From: Cycas panzhihuaensis
Lineage: Eukaryota > Plantae > Cycadophyta
NCBI GenBank assembly: GCA_023213395.1
Contig: CM041465.1
Span: forward strand, 189,975,741-190,039,740
Direction: 5' to 3'
DNA length: 64,000 bases
The notes beneath the pieces are model-generated. The model worked only from the letters and a program-made list of their open reading frames with translations. It did no database searches and was not told the origin of the DNA. Of the stretch, positions 55,783-64,000 are shown in pieces (positions within the stretch are counted from its first letter, which is position 1; each line of letters opens with the position of its first letter). Both the position numbers and the translations under genes were made by a program.

Positions 55783-56893
55783 TCTATTGGGTAAATGCAT
55801 TCCATTATGCAAGTTCTACCTTGATTAAACTTCATAAATTCAAGTTTGGATAGTTGGTACTAGCCATGATTAGGTAACTTTAGTGAGTTCCATTGAGGCT
55901 AAGTCCCACGTGCAATTTGGGCAAGGTTAATAAGGTTGTGATATTTCTAGGAAAACTTAAATAAAGAGAAAACCCAAATATAATGCCCTTCCTAGTACAA
56001 TTCTAACCATGTTGGGGCCACTAGAGCAGTGTAGCAGAAACAAATAAAGTGAAGTATTCTTAAAACATCCATAAAGATGCCTAAATTTAGTGGATAATGA
56101 AAGACATGAAGAATGATATTTTTGCATTGGTTTCTCAAATTTCAATGATTAAATTCATTTATCCAACTTCTCCAGAAGGCGTGAAATGGTTCTCACAATA
56201 AATTTCATATAGATCTATGAAAGATCATCTCTAGATCTACCCAACAATTCTTGACAACGGCTCATGGACACTACAAACCTATACATAGAGTGGAACATAA
56301 AAAATAGTGAAATATTATAACAAATTATCATTATTATTATTTCTAAAATTAAATTAAACTAAAAAAATAATTTTAAGTCTACCATCTATCCCTTACTGTA
56401 CCCATAGACAATCATATACATCTTTTCTAGTGATTAGGAGCTTGGGGAAAAACTGCTAATATTCTTTTTTACATCTCATATAAAAAATTCACACTTGTGC
56501 TCAACTCTTTTACTATAACATTCTCATATGGAGTTCAAATATAATTTTATTTAATTGATGGAAAGCTAGTTTTGATACCTTTCAAATAACTAATCACATG
56601 ATTATCTTTGATGATAATTTAATACATATTTTGATGATTAGATTTGGTATAAGTAAAGAATGATGTTCTGTTAGGTTTATTTTTAACAATTTTTTAGGCA
56701 AATTTTCACTAATTTCATAACTTGGAAGCTCTAATATATTTTTCACTTTACTACTAAATTCTTTAATAATGTGAGAGCCCAAATTGATCATTTTAATCTT
56801 AGCTAGGTAAAATAGGTGAAGAAGATGAATGAATGCAAAGTGAAATATATGAAGATAAGATTGATGCGATAGAGAAGATTAAATATTAAGGAG

Positions 56894-57338
56894 TATTAGA
56901 AACTAATATTTAATCTATGACTAATTAAAGATTAATGTAATATTTTATTAAGTCATTCATTAATATTATGTATATCAATCTCAGGGAGGTGCATACATCT
57001 TTATGTAATTTCATAGATCATTTTATAGGTTCTTTTATCTCAAATCTTAATAGATAACTATGATATAACACACAATTATAAGTATATACATTATTAAAAA
57101 CATTAATTAAAGCTCGATCATTCTTCCTATTAATTATTTATATGTTCTAATTTTGTATATATTTTTTGTATTTATTATCCATATTTCACTCACCTCATTT
57201 GATATATGTAACGTGATCTGTGATATTTATGTTTCGTTATCATGTATCAATTGTGTATAATGATATTAAATCAATTTTGATCTACTTTCTAATATTATAT
57301 TAGTCAATCCTATAGAGTTTTTAGCATGGTATAAGGGC
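56894..57338 (+). repeat. Probable decayed 5' LTR and Met PBS of an older element that hosts K
   Basis: TATTAGAAAC...GTTTTTAGCA imperfect inverted termini followed by TGGTATAAGGGC. Confidence 0.45.
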
Positions 57339-57996
57339 AATTTTGATCTATTTTTAAATAAGTACATGTCATATCCTTTATGCTTTACTTCTTATTATTC
57401 AATTATTTGCCTTTTACTACTGAGTCCTTCTTACCCTTTATCACCTCATCCCTACATTATTCTTGACACTTAATTTTACTATCCATATATCATCTTCATC
57501 TATTTTAATTTATACACGCTAATCCTTTTAAAAGTAATATTATTTCCTTACCTCCTATCATCTTTATATAACCATCAATATCTAATATTTATTTTCCTTA
57601 CATACTTTTTATTGATTTCTATATATTATCAAATTATGATAATAACTTATGTAATTAAGTAATTAAGATTATGTGAAGCATGAACATATAACTTGTGAAG
57701 AATAAATATAATCATATGATTAATCAATAATATAATTAATATGATAAAAGATTAAGGATTATGGACAAAGAGTTAATTATGCAATTAAACATATGACACC
57801 ATGTTTAATATAGAATATCCATTAAAGAGAAAAACTACCTCCAAATATATATGAGATCTCATATTATTAAATGATAATGAATAAGTCATATTAGTATCAT
57901 AAGGAGAACTATATGATCTAATTTACCTTACAATATACATTACTCTTAAATATTTGTGTCATTTCATTACCAACCAATAATACTTTACTTATACAC

Positions 57997-58387
57997 TATC
58001 GGGGTTAATAATCATCCCACTCCCACCTTCCAACTAGGAGTGCACACCTTATCTTTATTATTTTACACATGTAGGTGCTCAACATGTGTAGGTAAGTTTA
58101 AGTTGAGTTTATATTAATTTGAGTTAAGTTTACTTTGAGTTAAGTTTATATTATTTTATTGTTATTTTAAATTTTAAGGGTTGAGGAGTTTCCCTCCTCC
58201 CCCAAACTATATATATTAAGTGGTATTCAACCCTATCATCTTTAGACATCACCTTCATTATGGACATTTGTACTACTCTTTTTTACAAACATGGATTGAA
58301 TAAACAAGCTACTATGCAACATTGGTATATTGAAGTTTTGATTCTCTTTTATGTTCTGCCCTATTCTCCTGCATTTTATTTCTATCA
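57997..58387 (+). repeat. 5' LTR of K
   Basis: Direct repeat of 63384-63793. Confidence 0.93.
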
Positions 58388-58699
58388 TTTGGTATCAGAG
58401 TAGAGATTACTGGACTATTGTATTTCCTATTGAAGTTTTTTTTTAATAAGTAGGAAGATTTACTGATATCTTGAGGCAGATTTACTCACAATAAGAAAGA
58501 TTGGTTACATTTAATTTTTGTAAGTTTTTTTAGTAGTTTCTTATATTTTTTTATCAGATTTGATTATTCTTGAAGATATACTTATACTATAATAAAGATA
58601 TTTTAGATTTTTTTTAGATTTATGTAGGTACACAGCTAAAAAACTATAAATATCAAGCTTTTATCACACTACGAGAGGTTTTATCAACAGATTTTATAT

Positions 58700-59290
58700 A
58701 TTTTTAGCATATATTTGACATTTTTCAAGTATATTTCATCCTTTTGTCTAATATTTTTTTTAGATCTGTGCAGGTTTTCAGCTACAAGCAATCTTTATTA
58801 AAGTTTTCTCCAGAGTTGAGCCATATTTTTTCATATCTATATATTTTATCATATATTTAGCATTTTTCAGACATATTTCTATCTATTCATCTAATATTTT
58901 CTCAGATCTATGTAGGATTTCAACTGCATGCAATATTTATTTAAGTTTTCTTCAAGATCTGCTATAGTTTACTTTAGATTTGCTATATTTTACTTTAGAT
59001 TTGCCATATATTTTTTTGGATCTACTTATTTTATCAAGTATTTCACCATTTTCTACTAAATATTCTTCAGATCTACCATATATTTTTTAGATCTACTTAT
59101 TTTAATAATTATTTCACCACTTTTTTGGTATATTTATTTCAGATCTGTAGTATTGGCTATAGATCTGCCATATCTACTTTAAATCTCTAATATTCATTCA
59201 AGTTTTCCTCAAATCTGTTATATATTCTTTCAGATCTGTATTTTTATCATATATTTGACTACTTTTTCAAGTTTTTTTTAGATTTGCAAG
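58700..59290 (+). repeat. Degenerate tandem array of AGATCT-cored, T-rich units in the leader of K
   Basis: Recurrent (C/T)AGATCT(G/A) and TATCATATATTTGAC-like blocks. Confidence 0.7.
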
Positions 59291-59889
59291 TTTTTGGGTG
59301 CATATTCAACCCAATAAGCTTTCTGGAGAAGCATATACAATAGATCTCATCTTTGGAAGTCTATTGTTCTACTACTAATCAGCTATAACTACATTACTAG
59401 GTTTTTAGTTTTATTCTCAGATTTAAGTATATATATATATATAGGTTTTCTGATATATCTGCTGCAACATATTTGAAATCTTAGATACAAATATATATTC
59501 TTTTTAAAAAAAAATTCCTCTTTTTGGGATAAACTCATAAAATAAGCAATAGAAATTTTTTCTTTAATACAAATATATATATACTTCTTATTTCATTGAT
59601 TTATTTTTTCATGAATATATTTACAAGATCTACTATATATTTCAGGCAAGAGTTCCTTAACTCACTTTGCCAAAAGTAGATAAAAACAAAAACAAAACAA
59701 AAAAAATGAGGGATAAGCAAGTCTGCCTTTATAAACATTTTATTTATTTGATATATATATAAGAACTGTTAAAGAAAATACATATGCACTGTATTTACAG
59801 TATTCTCTTTAAACATTTCTTTGACATGTTCTTTCCCAAAGAGCAGATAAAAACATTTTATGGTAAGTATCTTCACAAACTCATATTGT

Positions 59890-60362
59890 GGATGCTCTTC
59901 AGCAGAATATGTGAGAACCTCTCCATTGATTATTTCCCTACATTTGCTATAATAGCAAGGTAGCATGCATAAACAGTCATATAATCATACATAACTACCT
60001 ACTAGCTGTTGTAAAGCCTTCAAACTTGTAGCTTTAACATGAGACCTTCACCACAAAGCATTTAAAATCCTGGCATGATCTAGAAGAAGATTATCGAGAA
60101 TAATTTGAAGACAACATGCTTTGTAAAGGACTCCATATGCAACTGAGGCATGGGAAGTAGAACTGCTATTGCTTGAGCTACCATGACTTAATCAACTTTG
60201 GTTTGGAACAACTTTAGGATTTATTAAATCACGTGAATTATTGTTATTAAGTAAAACACTGCCCTGCCCTACTGTGCAAGCACTACATACCCTTCTTGCA
60301 CAACTTGCATCGGTAGAAGCCCACATATTAAAAGCCTTACTACTTGTACAAAGTAGAAGCTT
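59890..60362 (-). pseudogene. SAC9: Captured fragment of a SAC9-like phosphoinositide phosphatase (C-terminal Cys-rich region)
   Basis: Minus frame reads KLLLCTS...SCARRVCSACTVGQGSVLL...YGVLYKACCLQIILDNLLLDHARILNALW*RSHVKATSLKALQQLVGS, then REIINGE. This matches my recollection of plant SAC9 (FLC.QC.KK.CK.CCAG.GALLL...ICK.CC..IVL.ALI.DYVRV..SLRRS.R...A...AL..V.GS...LRQILG.E). Not confirmed by search. Confidence 0.75.
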
Positions 60363-62700
60363 GGGTGTTCTCTAAATAAAAGCTTTAGAACATAACGTAT
60401 TGATCTCCCATTGAGCCAGAAGCCTTAGCCATTTTAGCATCAACCTCTTCAAATTCTTACTTGGTCAACACAATTCAAGGCTAGAAAAAGCCATTTGGGT
60501 AGACAACATAAACCATCCCCTCTCAACTATTTTATCATGTGCCCTATCTAATGCACTATCTCCCCCTCTTCTTTGATGTAGATAAAAGCATACATTATTT
60601 AGCATATTTCAGAGTCTTGTGGCATAAAACTAGCCCATAAAGATGATTTGAGGCTAACAACTGAAATAAATAATCTAAGAGGTTTAGTTTACTATTTTTT
60701 GAAGCTAAGAAAAGTCGATCTAAAGCCATTGTCAGGGATCCTCTCACAGCGAATATATTATGGTTCAGTTGAGCTGAGTGTCTCCAATAAGAATTGAAAT
60801 TATTGCTCACTAGTGCTAGTAGCCTGAAATCGATCCAGCTTCTATCACATTGCTTAGACCTTTGCTAGAAATGACACCATCACTGGCTTTCTCTGAAAGT
60901 GTTAAAGATATTACAAAATCCTTCAACCTCTTAGGCTTTGTGGCTGATGTTGCAGCTAAACCTGTACCTACGCGCTTAGCATTGCTATGATCCTAGCACT
61001 CCTGATAGGTACGACAATTGCAAGTAGTGCGGCGATGGCTATGCAGTAATGGCGGCTCATCTTTTCATAATTCAAATATTTTATTTTTTGTATATTTTTT
61101 ATTTAGTAAAATTCTAAAAGAATTAAATTTAGTTGTATATTTTTTTAATTCTGAACTTTAAAAAAGTTTAAGTCATTTTCAACATTAGCCCCCTCGTCAC
61201 ATTCCCTCCACATGACCATTAGCTCCTTTGTAAAAGGGGCTAACATAATCTTTATTATATTTTTTTATTTTATTTTATTTTATATATTTTTTAATAGGGT
61301 AACTAGTATTTCTTTTGCCATAACTCCTCACTAGGTCATTGGTTTGTAATGAAACTAGTCCCATTACATCTAAAAGTTTCTGTAGATCGATTTCGATTGG
61401 TCATATGACAATTTGGACCTGATTTGACCCTGTTTTAGTCGATTTAAAGTCAGTCATTTATTTTTGTATCTATTTTAAACATTTTCATAAAATTACCATT
61501 TCGTCAGATTATATCTTATCACCGAGTGATTATTTTCTACCTGACCCTATTCTACAGTAATCTAATTTCAACAAATTTCATTACCATTTATTTATTTTAA
61601 TTTTTAATATTTATTTTAATTATTATTTTTATCGTCGAAAGTGACAATTTAGTATTTTTTAGCATTTTTTAAACCTTTTACCATAAAAGTATTTGTCACT
61701 AATTCCACTATAACGTTTTTGTTTTACATTAGAATTCAGTTCTATCAGTTTTGTTAGAAAGATGACTCACTCCCCTTCGAAATGCCATTATTTTTAATAA
61801 GATTTGAAGTGGTTTTACTAATTTTTAAAAGCATCAAATTTAAGGTACTTAATTACCTTTAACTTGCCATATTTACACACTTTTCATATATTATTTCTCA
61901 AAAATTTTCAACTGAAAATCTATTAAGAAGCTTTATAAGATATATTTGATCATTTTACAAGATTCTATAAGTATTTTATTAATATTTTTATGTTATTTTG
62001 AGCCCCAGGCTCCTGTTGGGCCTCAAAACAAGGACTATAACTTTAGTTCATTAAATATTGACTTATAAGAACCTGTTTCTAAACAGTTAGTTCCATTATG
62101 TAGTTCTTTCATTTATCTACATATTGATAAAGTTTTATCTTATTCTGACACTATTTAGCATAACTTTAAAGCTATAAAACTTGAGGTTATCCTCTAAACC
62201 TTTCTTTTAAGGAGTACAATACTTTTTTGTTCAAAATTTTCTTTATATTTATTATATTTCAAAGTGAAAATACTCATATATATTTTAGTTTTAACAATAT
62301 ATAATATCAAGGAAAAGAATCTCTTGCATTGAAAAAATTATTTACTTGCTCAAATTTATGGTTATTTATTTGAAGGATCAAAAGCTTAAAGAATTTTTTA
62401 TTCTTCATCAAAGTTTATTTTAAATTTGCTTAGGATATTTATTACATTCAAATTTTCTCTTATATTCACTTTATCTCAAAGGTTATTCGAAAGGCATACA
62501 CTTATTGAAAATCCTTTTTATCATTATTGAAATGATCATTTCCTTATTGTGCCTAGTTGATTGACTTTCTAAAAGGCATTACATCTCCTTCAAAAGGTTT
62601 ATTTGAAATCATATATGTTCATTGATTTATTGACTTTTTTGATTTGGTAAAAGCATACCTTTTATGTACTAAAGTTTTTTTTGATAAAATGACATAATTT

Positions 62701-62991
62701 CCTATATTCGATAGGTACAAATTTTTACTGTGGCATAAGACTATGCAAGATTATTTCATTACACATAATCTTCTAAAATATTTACAATATAAATGTGATC
62801 TCAGTATTAAAGAAAATTTTAGAAAGTATAATGAAGTTTTAGGGTTATTATTTTGTACTATTTGTGATGATATCTTTCCAAAAGTTTCTGAATTAACAAC
62901 TTCTAAATCTGTATGGGATGTTTTGATTTCCACTTATGGGGGAGATACCCTCAAAATATTTGATGTTATTTTTTATAAACATATGAGATAG
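62701..62991 (+). pseudogene. Truncated copia gag N-terminus in K
   Basis: PIFDRYKFLLWHKTMQDYF...LGLLFCTICDDIFPKVSELTTSKSVWDVLISTYGG, typical of the copia gag N-terminal and UBN2 region. Confidence 0.8.
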
Positions 62992-63383
62992 ATGACAAAA
63001 TAGGTGAATTATAATAACAAGACTAAGGAAGATTCAAATCAAATGAATGATCAATTTGTTACACAAGTACCTAATCCTCCATTTGAGGAGGAGAATGAAT
63101 CTTATGATATAACAGAAAAGAGACCTAATGATATGACAGTCAAAGTTAAAATTCTAGAAGTTAAAGTCAAAGTTACATCTATTTATTTTTGTACAAATCA
63201 AGCTTCATTTACTTATAGTTTTTTTGCATCATTCCATGGTAAAGAGACATATGTTACTATAAGGATGGGAAGAGTTGATAAAGATCAAGTTAAGAGATAG
63301 ATTTTTAAAGTTTTTTTCAAATAAAAATTTCATAAGTTCAAAGAGAAGATACTACTGTTCGTGATGACCATTAATGGGGAGAA

Positions 63384-63793
63384 TGTTGGGGTTAATAGTC
63401 ACCACCCCACTCCCACCTTCCAACTAGGAATGCACATCTCATCTTCATCATTTTACACATGTGGGTGCTCAACATGTGTAAGTAAGTTTAATATGAGTTT
63501 ATGTTAATTTGAGTTAAGTTTATTTTGAGTTAAGTTTATATTATTTTATTATAATTTTAAATTTTAGGGGTTGAGAAGTTTCTCTCCTCCCCCAAACTAT
63601 ATATATTGAGTGGTGTGCAACCCTGGCATCTTTATACACTGCCTTCATTGTGGACATTTGTACTACTCTCTTCTATAAACATGGATTAAATATACAAGCT
63701 ATTGTGTTCATGCTACTATGCAATATTGATGTATTGAATTTTTTATTATCTCTTTCATGTTCTGCCCTATTCTCTTATATTTTATTTCCATCA
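63384..63793 (+). repeat. 3' LTR of K
   Basis: TGTTGG...TCCATCA, preceded by the PPT and followed by the TSD. Confidence 0.93.
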
Positions 63794-64000
63794 TACACTA
63801 ATCAACAAAATTATGTGACAAAATGGTTTTATATTGACTAATCATAGCTTAACCACTAACTAAACATTATATTGACTTTTATAAAATTTAATATTTTATC
63901 ACTCATCCTTAATATTTAAGTATAATGATAAACTACTATAAATATATGATAAACTATAAGTATATCATATATTTATAGTTTGATATACTTGTAAATATCT

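Larger units (their letters stand above)
57997..63793 (+). mobile_element. Element K: non-autonomous copia-derived LTR element (TR-GAG/LARD-like) with a captured host sequence
   Basis: LTRs 57997-58387 and 63384-63793; TSD TACAC at 57992-57996 and 63794-63798; PBS TGGTATCAGAG at 58390; PPT AATGGGGAGAA at 63373-63383; no pol. Confidence 0.93.

Overview
This window is AT-rich, gene-free plant heterochromatin built almost entirely from nested LTR retrotransposons and their decayed relics. A giant-genome land plant is likely, and a gymnosperm is suggested by the element types (inference). Elements resolved by eye: A, the 3' end of a CRM-type Ty3/gypsy (1-1634), inserted into the 5' LTR of non-coding element B1 (1635-6156). 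E, an old copia gag relic, interrupted by Tnt1/Tork-like copia D (7785-13074, TSD AATAT) and by the young CRM-type gypsy F (13663-20342, TSD GTAAC). Decayed chromovirus and copia fragments fill about 23-35 kb. A three-level nest follows: a Tekay-type LTR holds B2 (36131-51082), which holds Tat-like C1 (36154-47107, TSD AATGT, 3.2-kb LTRs, no recognisable RT or integrase but a free-standing archaeal-type RNase H relic). A Tekay integrase and LTR occupy 51.5-55.8 kb. Non-autonomous element K (57997-63793, TSD TACAC) carries an antisense fragment resembling the host phosphoinositide phosphatase SAC9 and a truncated copia gag just before its PPT. I found no intact host gene, RNA gene or CRISPR array. 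All alignments were made by eye and protein family calls come from remembered motifs, not database searches.
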